From NCBI RefSeq assembly GCF_963853765.1, contig NC_088856.1, positions 22,630,001 to 22,694,000 of the forward strand: a stretch of 64,000 bases of DNA, read 5' to 3'. The translations under genes were made by a program, and so were the position numbers. The notes under the pieces are model-generated. The model had not been told where the DNA came from and ran no database searches. It worked only from the letters and a program-made list of their open reading frames with translations. This document shows, one piece after another, positions 1-13,872 of the stretch (the stretch's first letter is position 1; every line of letters begins with the position of its first letter). The stretch is from Magallana gigas (lineage: Eukaryota).

Positions 1-847
1 TTAAAAAAAAACCAAACAAATGTTGTTTAACAAATAGTAACCAATTTGAGCCGTTCCTTACAAAACCAATATGAACATCTGAATTTAACATAGCACCTGA
101 GTGTTTATTTGTTTTTTAAGGATATACAGAGCAGGTATCAGAATCATGAAAATTATTATTAAACGAAACTATGACAAGAGTTGTTGTATAATGGATAATC
201 TAACGGTGCATCAAAATCGAAAAAAAAAGAAAGTGTCATTTTTGTCAAACCAATTATTACTAATTGCTATAAATTAATTATTACAATTCCAGGTAAATAT
301 ATATTTGTATGTCATTAGATAAAATTTTAAGATTAAAGCCAAATATCAAATTGGATGACACTTTTATATCATGTCAAAAAAATAATGGTGTATGCTGACA
401 TAACTATATGTTTGTTGTATGTTATCCAAACTATCTTGCATGTCGACATAATTTATATATAAAAGCTTAAATCAACGAGGCAGTTGGCTGAAAGTAAAAC
501 ATAGCTATTGCAAAAAAAATATGGTCTTAATCCACTCCCTTTGTTATGTGTCTGTGTAACTGTAATATTTGCCTTTATTACTTTAATTCAATTATAGTCA
601 AACAAAAAAATCCCTTTCACAAAGAAATTTGACCAAAGTTATTGATTAATGCATGAAAATGATTGAAAAACTTAATCAAAATCATTATGTTAATACTTAA
701 TATTTCTTACAAAAATTCATATATTTAAAGATCCCTTCAAAAGCAAACAAAATAAACTAAATAATATTGTAGAGCAAAGAACTTAAAATTAATAAATATT
801 AAATGACAAAAGTTTATAGCAAAAATAATATAAGTTATTATCATTAC

Positions 848-1108
848 TATTCCTGGCTTTTCTTTCGCAAGTTGGTTCCCATCCTATTTCCCGACAATTG
901 CTTGTGAGACTTTTTACGAAAGCACCGGGGTCGTTCTCAGCTGATGATATATGCAAGAGAGGAAGGCCGACAACCAAGTACGTCTTCAATGCCTGAGAAT
1001 ACGACCATAATAGTATGAACCCTTTTTTTATAAATATATTTAGATTTGCTTTTGAACGTTAATCTTATAAAAATAACCAACAAAAACTTGTTTATTTTTA
1101 CCTACCAT
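848..1108 (-). CDS. C1qDC gene A, partial: ATG exon 1106-1108 and exon 2 848-992; the gC1q exon presumably lies left of the window
   Basis: Minus strand reads AAAATG|GTAGGT at 1108-1100 and acceptor tattctcag|GCA at 994/992. Exon 2 is open: ALKTYLVVGLPLLHISSAENDPGAFVKSLTSNCREIGWEPTCERKARN, with donor A|GTAATG. It is homologous to exon 2 of genes C, D and F but 12 nt shorter than D and F. Confidence 0.75.
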
Positions 1109-4100
1109 TTTAATGAACAGATTGCACGTTTATACAATTCAAACAAAAGCTGTGTTCTGCAATATTTTACCAATATGCATATTTATATACAAGAAAGGTT
1201 TTAAATAAGTATGCCATTAAATTGAAAATAAAGTATGAAAATCATGTTTCCTTTGCATTTTGTGCACGCAAGATATTATATTTAAAACAGTTTTTTTTTT
1301 CAGAAAGCTAATACTTGAAGAACGAACGCGCTTAAGTGGCAGTAAATGAAGAAAAGCTAAAAAAAATTATAAATTAACAGGATCAGTAATTGAAGAAAAG
1401 CTAAAAAAAATGTATAAATTAACAGGATTTGTCATTTTTAGTTTATATGTAAACCCTCATATTTTTAGAAAGATACGAAAAATATGACAGGTTCATAAGA
1501 TTTCAAAAGCAAAGTTCGTTAAACATTTTAAAGTCTTTCTATACTTTACCAAAAACTGGGTTACATAAATGTGTAAATTAACCTTCCTGAAAAAGAAGAT
1601 CAATCAAGAAATGAAACTTTCGTTCATGTTTTTCTTAATTAAAGAACGTGTTTGCCAGAAAATTTTTATCTATAATTTTTCGTCGGATTTGATTAGTTAT
1701 TCATTCGTAGAGTTCTTTATAAATGTTTGGCATCATACCCTCAACGGCCTCTTAAAAAAACAAGTTGAATCAAATTACTAATGTTGCTGTCTAAGAGTTC
1801 TTTATCTTGTTGTGTGTTATTCTGAGCTATGATCTGAGGAGTTCTGATTTTCTCCAAAAAGCATTACCAATGCCATCATTTTCTTTAATTACACAAAAAA
1901 TGAAATAATATAACAATATTAACTTGCACTGATAATATTGATAATATTGATAATATTAGCCCCCGAAAGACGAAATATTGCGCGCCCCAAGGGGCTTATA
2001 TAACTAATGTTGCCCGTTCAAAATTTGTTTTGTTATATAAAGAAATGTAAGAATGTAAGAAAATGGGGGAATAAGATGGCACAATTGCCCATTCGGTTTT
2101 GTAGTGAAATACAATTTTGAATTTATTTTTTCCCAATTAAATCTTTTCAAATATATTATAACACAAGTTTGCAAAAGCACAAATTCTAACTATATTCAGT
2201 TTTTAATATATTTAACAAAAGATAAGAAAAAAATATTGCCTGAATTTTTTGTGGTATCGAACCCATAACTTAAAAACCCTTGATATATAAGGTTAGCTTA
2301 TGTCAGGTACTCTAACCACTTTGCCATTTCAGACACAACAAAATAGGCTGTTTAAATATTATGGGTGACTTTGACCGCGAATTTACGGACTTATTTTTTT
2401 TTTCAAAACATTCATTTGGTGGGATACAAAATTATATTTTTTAATGTATAGTGGGTCATCTCTCCACGTTTTTGTTGATTGAAATTGGTTTGTTTTCCAA
2501 TTTACCTTATTTAGACTATGAGAAAAATATGGAACAAAGACCCACTTTATAAAAAAAAGCCTTAAAGTTCTGATAAATGACAGTATTCGCAGGCTTTGAT
2601 ACCTACACGCCTGTTTAAAGAGGTTCGTTCCTCTGTTTTGGGGTAGCAATTTTGGGTCACCTCTTTTCTGGAAATTATGCATCATATATTGATTCTAATC
2701 TTAAATTCATATCTTATACAGCTAATTAAACTATATTAAATAAAATGGTACAGGAAAAATTACATATTTACAGAGTTTAGCATTTGACTATATTTTGTGG
2801 CGGAAGGTTTTTAAGAAAAAAATGAACATTTTTCATAACTTAGTTGTTTTAGAGTACCGTCAATTTAGCTTTCTTATTTTCTGTGCAAACAAAACTTCCA
2901 GATAGGTTGTGCATTTGGATATCTTCATCTTGTTACGAAAAACATATTTTTACAACTTTTCAATATTTCTATCGACACATATTGGCAAATTTAACTTATA
3001 TTTCATAAAAGTCGAGGAAAAAAGAATCCCGATTTTTGCTTCAAATTAGCTTATTTTATGCCATATCTCAAATTTTACATAATAGACCCATACTTTTGGT
3101 TTTATTTTCTAAAATTTTAAGATTCTCCTGACAGGTTTATCATATTTTAAGAAAAAGTTTGCGACTTTTAAATAATTTCATTACATGTTGAATCGTTCAT
3201 GGATAAAAATAGCATTTTATCAGTGCAAAAAGGTCAAATTATCAATAAGGTGAAGAAATTAAAACATTTTCCTTTATGATAATTTTGATTTTATTTATAT
3301 TAAATAGTATAAATTTGTATTTGATAACATGGTTCATTCAGATAATAAAATAAAGAGGAAAAAGCGATTTATGTGCAATCTGCACTTTCAGTGCAGAAAG
3401 GTAATAGTAAATACACCGTAGCGCCAAAGGAAGCAAATAGACCCCAAAGTGTTGTCTTGAATTTTTGGTTAAGCTATGTGTGTAGATTTTTTTAAAAATG
3501 CTTTTAAAAAAAACTTGAAGACTTTTGATCGCAGGATCCAACGTCCTTAAGTCAACATATTCCAAGTATTGAACATATTTATAGGTAAAAAATCAATGAT
3601 ACTTTAAATATATTGTTTAACAATCATTTAAAAACGATATTTGATTTTCAAAATTTATGAACAGATTGCTAAACTTTATTTTATCGCGATTTTTTACAAT
3701 TGCATCAGCAACAAATTGTCAGGTCTACACGCGTGTTTTTATAAATCTGTACAGGTGTTGCTACTGTTTCAAAGCCATTCCGTAATTGAATAAAAGAAAA
3801 CAAAAGAAACACAAATCATTTTACGTTAGTTTTGTTTTCTTTTACATAATACATATACATCGATATTCTAAACATTTGTTGTAATGTTGTATTTGTGATC
3901 ATGAATAGACTTTATTTTTTTAAGCAGTTGTGTGAAGATAACCTGACTATAGAAAATCTTAAATAGATAATGAACACTGATCAAATATAATATAAAGAGA
4001 TCATTTCTAAAAGAATTGAAAATAGATTCGGGCTCGTTTTAGGGGTTTATATCCCCTTTGATTTTTATCAGACGAACTTAAACCACACGCGTTAAGTAAA

Positions 4101-4298
4101 GGAACTTCGAGGGGTTTATATCTCCTTTAATTTTCATCACAAGACGCATCTATATTTTTTATTCAGGCGATATTTACTGCCTCCAAAGTTGCCAATGTTC
4201 TTACAAATTACTGGAGTGTTTAGCACCTATTAAAACAAAAGAATGTTTTGATACTACTTAGATTGTCCTGGGGGCATTGTGTGTTGTTGACACATTAT

Positions 4299-4783
4299 TA
4301 CATTACCATTACTTCATGAATTTGGGCATTAAATTAACATTACCATTACTTAATTTTCTTGAAGTAATGCATTACATTACCATTACATGAGTAAAGTAAA
4401 AATCCACAAATTAGAAGCGAGNNNNNNNNNNNNNNNNNNNNNNNNNNNNNNNNNNNNNNNNNNNNNNNNNNNNNNNNNNNNNNNNNNNNNNNNNNNNNNN
4501 NNNNNNNNNNNNNNNNNNNNNNNNNNNNNNNNNNNNNNNNNNNNNNNNNNNNNNNNNNNNNNNNNNNNNNNNNNNNNNNNNNNNNNNNNNNNNNNNNNNN
4601 NNNNNNNNNNTTACATTGTAAAGTAATGCATTACATTACCATTACTTCATGAATTTGGGCATTAAGTTACCATTACTTAATTTTCTTGAAGTAATGCATT
4701 ACATTACCATTACATGAGTAAAGTATTGCATTACCATTACCATTAAAAAGTTTTTTTTTAATGGTAAAATATGTTTCATATTT
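4299..4783. repeat. CATTAC-rich repeat spanning an assembly gap (N 4422-4610)
   Basis: Many CATTAC/CATTACC units. A block of about 100 bp recurs on both sides of the gap. Confidence 0.7.
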
Positions 4784-6568
4784 TACTACTTAGATTCTCC
4801 TGGGGGCATTGTGTGTTGTTGACACATTATATATTATATATATTTCTTTTTCCTAGCCAGTCAATATGAAAGAACACTATACTGAACAAAAAAATAAAAA
4901 TAAAAAAAAACCCCAAAAAACTGTATATTTAACCCTGCTATTAAAGTGATAAATTCACCTTCAAGTAACTATTTTATTTCGTCGGTATTCTCTTGAGGGT
5001 GAAATTATGTGAGGTCAAACTTCACATTTTTTATACAAGCCATCTGAAATTGATTTTGTCTATTTTTCAAGAATTCTTATTGCGTATCAGCTAGTTATCC
5101 CAAAATGTATCTGATATTTTACTGACAAAAACATGCAAAATGATATCTAAAATCCCACTGAAACTTAACTCTTGTGAGCATATTGCTAAAAAGAAATTTA
5201 AGGCGAAAAATGTAAAAGAAATATAGTCCAAATTCCCTTTGTTTTAACATAATTCTACTCTTGTCATGTATATTTTCATCAAATAAACGAAATATGAATA
5301 CAAAAAGTTATGTCCATCTATATCATTGTTATTGTGTCTGTTTTGAACAATATTTGGTTTAGGTATTGAACTTTTCAATAATTGTTTATAAAATCTCAAA
5401 CCCTGAATAAACATAACTCTTAAACAATACATTGTTTATATATTGTAAGGATTTAACTTTTTTTTTATTTACATTGTTTGAATATGTGCTTAATTATTCA
5501 TACAAAGTATTTAACAAATCCGGCATTAGTATCCTTAAAAGTATAAAGTAAAACACAGTTGAAACAAGAAGGTCAGACTTGTACTTTTATAATATTTAAA
5601 ATTTTTCATGATTTTGTTTTTGTTTTTTGTTTTAGTTTATTACCAAGAATGCTTAAGTTTGGTGTTTTAATGTTAAGTCAAAATGTTTATGTCAAAAAGT
5701 GAGTTAAAAATGAACGCTTTCATAAATAATCTTGTTTTTCAATAGAAATTAAGTTTAAAAGATGTTTATAATTATTTACCTAACAAAGACTCTGAGCTGT
5801 ATCTTGCTTTTAATTTGATTTATGGCAATACAATTTTGACCAAGAAAGCATTGATCAGGTATAAATTAAACAAAGGAAAATGTAATTAAAAATCTTAAGG
5901 TTATATGAGATGAAGAGCCTTTAATAATGTGTACATTATTTATTTAAGTAGTGGAATGAATCATCATTACATGGACGGAACACCTCTAAACAATACAAAG
6001 ATGTTCTGGTTTCCATTGTTCAGGGAATATAAATATTCTTACATAACAAACTGATAATTTCTGTAGAGCGGATTCGGCTCTGTCATTGCCAGCATGATCA
6101 CAAGCAACTTTTTTGTAAAAAAGAAAAATAATCGCCTAGTTGATAAATTGTTAGCAAGTTCATTTAATGCATTTTTTATTCGTAGTTTAAAAAAAAGTAG
6201 TGTAAAGTTCGAATGAAAAATAACAGCAATGAATTGACATAATTTGAATGTAATCATGGCAAAATGAATTTCGTGTCAGTCACTATCAAAATATGAAATT
6301 GAGTGTGATAATTAGTGCTGAAATTCACAATACATTTACGAAATGAAAAATTTAACAAGACAAGGAAGCCGCCAAATCAAATTTGAAACGTAGAATGCCG
6401 AAACAAAAGAGGTTGGACTAGATACATCAGTGAACTACTTTCAGACTTTTTACAACACATCACACTGTATGAACACATATTAAGGATTTTTTTTAATGAA
6501 GACGTTCTTTAACATTGTTACAAAATACGGTCATATTTAAAACAAAACATCGATTACTTAAAAAAAAA

Positions 6569-7071
6569 TCATTCGTGAGAAATTTTGTATCAACTCAGGA
6601 AAGTATAGTGGTTGTGAATATATGTTGAATATTTTGAAGTATTAGATGTCCAAAATCGAGTGCCTCTCTCCATCGTCACGATAAGGTGATCAGTAGCACT
6701 TGCCAAAGTGGCCGTTTGGTCATACACTCTTGCTCCTTTCTTCGTCATGTAAGTCCAGGGCAGTGCTTTAACCAGTAGTTCTGTCATATCCCTCTCCAAT
6801 GTTGGTGATTACATCGTCATACTTGATTATCTGATTTGGTGAAAGACTTGAAATGGGATTCTTCAATTTCGCTTGGAATGCAACAGTAGTTCCTGCAATA
6901 CAAGAAGTATCTATTCGCATTTATAGTTAAAAAAAAACTTTATATATGAAAATTTAAAAAATGAAAGACACCATAGAGCGAACCTACAGCGCTTTCATTA
7001 AATCTACCGACCTTTTAAATATAACAAAAACGTTCCCTATTTGTAAAACGTCTGAAGATTTAATGAAAGTG

Positions 7072-7138
<67 letters not shown>

Positions 7139-8056
7139 AATGCGGGTGTATAAAAGCCACAAAAGAAATTACAAGTTTTTAATATGGTGTTTGCTAAGAT
7201 TGATGTTCTCTTGTGTCTTTATTATTATGATTCATAATTTAAGTCGTTTTCCAACACTCTATTTTCTTTTTTCTGTGAAATTTGTTTTAAATCTTATTCA
7301 CTTATTCAATTGGCATTTTATTATCTTTTAAGTGAAAATTCTTTTATATCATATATTTAGTGTCCCAAATAATAAACACAAAAATTTCAAAAATGTTAAC
7401 GTGCAAACATTGAAAGTCATATTACGTTTTACACTGCCTTAGATTTGTGGCGACTCGATTATTACGAAAATTAAAAAAAATTGTAACGTGTTTTTTTAAA
7501 ATGTAACTTAATGAACTTAAAAACATATTTTGAACTTTCATTACACAACAATAAATCCCTGGAATTTCTAGCAGTATGCCTAAAACCTCTAATCGATGGA
7601 CATTTTACACGTACCATTATTTAAAATTAGTAAGAACTTTGATATCCTATCTATCTAAAACAGACTGAATTGTTAAATTTCACATTTTCATTTGCAACAT
7701 ATTAACTAAGTAAAAGGTTATTAATATCAATCAGACGAGATTTAAAGCAATATATAATATAACTTTTCATTACTACGATTCCAGGTCCTTCTTTCACAGG
7801 TTGGTTCCCATCCTATTTCCCGACAAATGTTTTTGTAGCTTCTTAGTCTCTTTACAAATGCACTGGGGTCGTTGCTCTCAGCTGACGTCATACAAAGAAG
7901 CATAAGACCGACGACCAAGCATGTACTCGCTGCCAGAGAATACTGCTAAAATAGTATAAAAATTGCTTAAAAAACTTCTTTTAAAATTGATTATCAATGT
8001 CAAGCTTTTTTAAAAATGAAGTAAAAACAAACGTGTACTTTTTTTTTACCTACCAC
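6569..8056 (-). pseudogene. C1qDC pseudogene B (exon 1 at 8054-8056, exon 2 at 7774-7933, gC1q exon at 6569-6892)
   Basis: Start codon is GTG instead of ATG. Exon-2 acceptor is CTG instead of CAG. The gC1q exon has TAA at 6768-6770, a 26-nt frameshifting deletion (VDGVYSFT lost), a 48-nt deletion, and TGA at 6590-6592. Its 324 nt equals the 398-nt paralog exon minus 74. Confidence 0.9.
7073..7132. repeat. (TA)30 microsatellite
   Basis: Direct reading. Confidence 0.95.
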
Positions 8057-9554
8057 GTTTTATAAACAGATTGAACGTTTATACAATATGAACAAAATAT
8101 GAGTTCTGCAATATTTTACTACTTCGCATTTTTATAGATATACATGAGTCATTAAAATGAAAATAAGGTAACAAGATCATGTTTCCTAAGCATTTTTGCA
8201 CGCAAGATACAAACATATAAAAACTTAGTGATTACCATCCTCTTCAGAGATCTATATTGAACGAGTTTCATCGATAGTTAATGAGCCATAACTCAAAAAT
8301 TTGCAGAATCACAGAATGTGACATTGTCTCTGTATTAACCATTCAAGTTTTTTTTTACAGAGATTTGATAAATAAAATGGATTTATTTAATCGTAAAAAA
8401 GGTTTTTCCTAATACATATAAGAGACCCCATGGGCATATTCTTGGTAAAATAAAACTAACATATCTAAAAAGAAGATTGTTGTAGAAATTAAGAATTTTT
8501 TTTTATCCTTCTTTCAAGTTACATGTAACTGCTTGAAAATTAATATCTATAATTATTTTAGGTGGGTTTGAGAGGTACATATAAGTTGTACACAGCATGG
8601 ACTCTTTCATAGATATTTAGCATTGTCAATTTGACATTCTCCATGGAAAGACATTAACGTTTTCATTGTCAAGAAATGAGATTACTTGATGCCCTTGCTT
8701 GTTGTTTGTGTTTCCTACTAATGAAAGGACATTGACCATCTGTTTTCGAACGTTTCATCCCAAAACCACCCTTATACATGTAATACCTGCATTTAATTAT
8801 TATCAGAACTCATATGTAAAAAAAAAAATGAGAAATTAAGTCTGGACATCCCCTTTTTCAGCATTGTTTGGTTCCAATCTCAATCGGAACTGGTACATGA
8901 TTGTATTTTTTTTATGTTGGAAAAACAGCTTGTTCACTTTTTGACTTTTTAGAATAGTTTTATATTAAGTATTTTGTCTTCTACTATAATCAATTTAACC
9001 ATAACCAACCAGCTCAAAACGATTCCAAAAGCAGTGTGTCAATTATGCGATTCTGGTTAAAATATTCTTCGTAAGGTTGCATACATATTACAACTTATTA
9101 AGTCAACTCAACAACACTTGTTTGATGGATTTTAAATTTTACTCTTTTATACTTTGAATTCCATCCTTATTTTCGGCATGTATTTTGTAGCTGTTCAGAT
9201 TTCCCACAAATGAACTTAAAATGATGTTCTCGGCCGCAATTACATTCATTATCGTAAGGCCCGTAATAACACATTTCTTCAAAGCCTAGAAAAACGATTT
9301 TTGACTAGTTTAAAAGCAATTTAGTATATGTTCTGATGGCTTTTAAATGCGAAATTCAGCAAGAAACGACCTTGACACACATTACTCTCTTTCATTTTAA
9401 GCTTTTAATGCAAATTACATTTTTTATGATGTTAAGTTTTAATTAATTGAATGAAAACATGTTTTTTTTCTCTTAAATATTGAGGTGAGAGTGGCCCTTT
9501 ATACCATCACTTTAATTGTATATTGTTCCGCCTTAAACCTTGTAAATAATCATA

Positions 9555-9682
9555 NNNNNNNNNNNNNNNNNNNNNNNNNNNNNNNNNNNNNNNNNNNNNN
9601 NNNNNNNNNNNNNNNNNNNNNNNNNNNNNNNNNNNNNNNNNNNNNNNNNNNNNNNNNNNNNNNNNNNNNNNNNNNNNNNNNN
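9555..9682. other. Assembly gap (others: 4422-4610, 47299-47456, 63218-63350)
   Basis: N runs. Confidence 1.
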
Positions 9683-10249
9683 TATATGATTTTTATCCAG
9701 CGAGTTGTATGTTTTGGATAAAAATCATATACCATCGCAAATCATGAGAGATTTTTTATTGCATGTTTTACCAGATATTTTGTAAATCTCAACTTTTCTG
9801 TAAAAATTGTAATTGTGTGCCGCAGAGCAAATTATCTAAAAGATATCAACAACATTACGCATGGAAAAATGTTCCTTGAAGTTTAACAAATAAACATTTC
9901 TTGTTCGAACATTTTTTATGAATTTATAAAATATAATTGAAAAAAATGCTTCACATGTAGAATTTAACACTTTTTACCTGAATTAATTATTTACTTTTTT
10001 CAAGTCAATAAATCATACTGAGCTGTTCCCTACACCTCGGGAAAAATATTCGGGTCTATCGACCGCTCAAGCATTAAATAATTGTATAATATTGGTTTTA
10101 ATTGTTCAAACTATGAGCCTTGGACCAATAATGGGACGCTGTTAGACGTTTAAATTCAAAGTTCAAAACATAAGAAAAACTTTATAAATACTCCATATTA
10201 CAAAGCTACATGATACCTGTTTGTCTAGGAAGCAACCTATTACAGATTA

Positions 10250-10293
10250 TTAACATGATTAACATGATTAACATGATTAACATGATTAACATG
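10250..10293. repeat. 9-bp tandem repeat (TAACATGAT), about 5 units
   Basis: Direct reading. Confidence 0.9.
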
Positions 10294-11550
10294 GGACTTT
10301 AAACTTTGATAACATTGTTAATTTATTGAGCGACAATCGTTTATAATTATCAGAATTTGTAGTAAACATCTTTAAAAATCTTCTCAAAGACTTCAGTGCA
10401 ACAACATGTGATATCATTATGACAGCAAATATATAGTTTGTAATGTTTGTTCTAAATTAGTATAAAATACTTCTTCCTGCTTTCATCGACAAACCTCGGG
10501 TTTGGAAACGTAGCTTGTGATTAGTAATAATTACTACATGTATAAAAGCATCAGAGTACAGTGAAGAAACAATCTAAAGACCCCTTGGCCGAACGAAGGC
10601 ATGCTTTTAATATTAACTAATCTATACTATTTCTAAGTAGGATGATATTACTATGTATATATACAATATCCTTATGTGATAAAGTGAACTGTTAAATACA
10701 AATTAGTTCAGCTCTGCGCTCTTTTTAAACTCAAATATTTTTTTGTAAAAATTTATGTGATAATCTTTGCATTATAATTAATTAGAGTTCAACAAAATTA
10801 ATATGAACTTAATTTTAATCATTCATGTCAATGTGAATGATCTTTGTTGAAAAAGCTGTTTTACTAATAATTCTAAAAGATTGGACCATTGTTGGTACAT
10901 GTATCCTTTGATATAGTCTTAAATTTTAAATTTAGCATGATTTTATATTACTGAAATATTAGAACTCGTTAATCATACATAATTATGTAAAAACGACTTT
11001 GTTAACATTGTTAATTTATTGAGCGACAATTGTTTATAATTATCAGAATTTAGCATCAGAAGTGATACTTAATATGCATATGACAAATTTAAAAAGTTAT
11101 GACTATGATTGAATTTTTATCATTGTAATTTACGCCCTTAATAAGAAAATAATAGATATGCCAACTGAGTGTGTTTTAAAAAAATTATTTCGAATCAATT
11201 CTAAATATTTTTTTTTCATCTCATAATGATTTTGTTTTATCTATAAAATATGTTTTTAAAAATTTGTTCTAAAAAAATGTACCATGCTATGAAAACGAAT
11301 GAAAATAAGTAACAGGAATATCGTTAGAAATTATTGTGAATATTAAAATGAACTATACAGTAAAACTCGGTTAAGCACAGTCCTAGGGACCAATGGAATT
11401 ACTTCGTTATATCCGTAATTCGTTATATCCTTATAACGAATTCGTAATGATATCCATCGCAAATTCACTATATACATGTTTTCTTTCACCAGACTATAAT
11501 TTCTGTTAAATGAGGCTTTAAATAAAAATTCGTTGCTTTGATACCTTTAA

Positions 11551-12749
11551 GGTGGCTCTATACACCACTTTTTGATGACGCAGTACGCAAAAAAGTAAAT
11601 CTGGAAGCATGCAATTCCGGTACTGGCTGATTAAAACCGAGGCGAATTGTGTGGGGACCGCTCTTTTGAAAAATTTGTTAAATGAATAGATTGAATTTCA
11701 TAATTGGAAAATTAATTACTTTCAAGTAATGTGGTTTGTGACACCTTTACGTTTTGTCGTTTAATTTATTGAAATAACAATAAAATCAAGTATAAATCTT
11801 AAAATAGTTTCTTTCCCACTATCGACATATTACAGCGTAGCGCAGTGGTTTAGTGGATTCCCTACAAACCTTTAGGTCATGAGTTTGATTCCCGATGAAA
11901 ACCATAATTTTTTTAATTTTTCAAAATTTTCTAAAACGTATTTTTGGTTAAATACTGTGAAAGAAAATTCTAAACCAGTGAAAGTGTTTCAATTTTAATA
12001 TACTTTAATGCGCATTGATATTGAAATATGTTCCTTACCACCTTAAGGGGGTGGGAGGGTTGTTTTGAATTTCTCTCAGGTTGGGATACATAAATCCTAT
12101 TAGCCTAGTAAATTTTCCCCTTTATTTAGTTGACTTAGTTTTGCATTAAAGCGAATATATTCACTTCTACAGGCCTATAATGAAATACGTTTGTATTTAT
12201 CATTCCAACATTATATTTAGGAAATTTTCGTCAACTCAGAAATGAAAAGTCCCCAAGGTGTTCGGGCCTTGGAACTTAGGAACGATAACCCTTACCAGAG
12301 GAACTTTCATACCAAAAAAAATCTAAAACATTTTTTGTGTTTATTTGCAATGATTTTCATTCAATTTCATATGTCACAGATATCAAAATACATTTTCTTT
12401 TAACATCAAGCAACTTTTTCAGATGATTTGTCAACAGAGTAAGACAATATGAAAAAATATCTTTTGGGGAAATACACAAAAAAAATTGCAATAATAACAG
12501 TTTTAAATGTTAAGAAGTGTTATATTTTTTTATGTGTCCGAAGGAAATATCCATCATATGACAAAAAAACTCTCTCAATTTGTTAATAGCCAGCTTTTAA
12601 AAAAATATTTTACAAAAACACGAAAAAGACATTTAAAAATTCTTTAAGAATACCTAGAGTATCCCTATCATCACTTTTATATTTGATAAGTATATGTTTT
12701 GTGGTCTTCTATTGACAATTGGAATAAACTGTGGGTGTATAGAGCCACC
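11551..12749. mobile_element. Non-autonomous TTAA element (Kolobok-like), 1199 bp
   Basis: TTAA|GGTGGCTCTATACACC ... GGTGTATAGAGCCACC|TTAA, a perfect 16-bp TIR. Confidence 0.85.
11730..12042 (+). mobile_element. About 300-bp TTAA MITE with tRNA-like A/B boxes (degenerate copy)
   Basis: Right end CTTACCACC|TTAA. Internal TAGCGCAGTGG (11838-11848) and GAGTTTGATTCC (11881-11892). Colinear with 48844-49137. Confidence 0.6.
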
Positions 12750-13872
12750 TTAATAATCGGATTTTGAATTGAAAAAATATATGAAAATAAATTCATTCAA
12801 ATTATTTTGTTGAATGGTAGTGCAGACTTTTTTAAACTGTAAAGAAATTCTTTATAAAATGTCGTTATTATTCACCTCTACCGGACTCAAAATCAGTTAT
12901 ATCTGTAAATTCGATATAGCCGAATTCGTAGTAACCGTAAAATTTTGCAAATATTTGTTAAGAATTTTACCGGGGACTCCAATATATTCGCTTTTTCCGA
13001 TATATCCGTGTATGTTCTAGACGAGTTTTACTGTACCCTTCGCGACTTTTTGCTTCCACTACTTTTCACTTGATATTTCGATAATCTTGAATACTTTTGT
13101 GCTCAAACTACGTTTATCAGCATATGAAAAATTTCCAGATTATTTCTTTTAAAACGCCACCTCTACCGCTTCAGGTTTCGATACAAATAGAAAGTTTACG
13201 GAGATTTTGCATTGCATCAGCCATGAAATGGTCGGTAAAATAACGTTGAAAAATTGTGCGAGGTATTCCAAATACTTCCGAATGGAGAAAAGATGTAAAC
13301 ATTTCCAATTGTAAATCTCCGAAAGAAATCTTTTTATTCATTCCTGTGGACTTGAATTAGTGAAAAATTTTAATTGTTTCTTAAACAGGAATGTGTAATT
13401 TTATCATATATTTAATAATCATCCAAAAGTGATGGAAGCAATAACTTGGAACAGACTATACCCGCGTAGCTGGGAGTAATGGCTTTCTGATAGAAAGTAT
13501 TGTTGCTATAGAATGATACAAAGAATTGTAGCAAATGATATTGAATAATAATAAAAAGTTTTTCTTTTGGAAAGATGGAAGTATCTTTTAAACGTTTAAA
13601 ATGAAAAGCAATATAGCATATTTTGATGTAATTTTCTAACAAATTGACTGCATTATAATCAAAACAGTTATTAACATTTATTTGTATGTTTGAATATTAA
13701 AGATGGGAAACACTAAATTATAGAACCAATATACTACTTTTTTACTCTTTAAAGAACATTCAATTATAACGCATTTGAACGAAATAATTTTTTATTGAAG
13801 ATCAATTACATTGTTACACAATATAGTCATTTTTGTAACAAAGCAATGTCTTCTTTTTAAGAAGTTAAATTA

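Larger units (their letters stand above)
11358..13033. mobile_element. Tc1/mariner-pogo type MITE (TA target site), host of nested insertions
   Basis: TA|CAGTAAAACTCG ... CGAGTTTTACTG|TA, a perfect 12-bp TIR. Confidence 0.75.

Noticed and set aside
3526-3550. GATCCAACGTCC|TTAA as one end of a further TTAA element covering about 2.0-3.55 kb
   Set aside because: I could not find the matching left TIR, so the boundaries are unsupported.
4387-4626. ORFs spanning N runs (also 9485-9735, 47194-47652, 63176-63416)
   Set aside because: Open only because the gaps translate as X.
6961-7182. ORFs with YIYI or RERE runs (also 14593-14790)
   Set aside because: Microsatellite translations.
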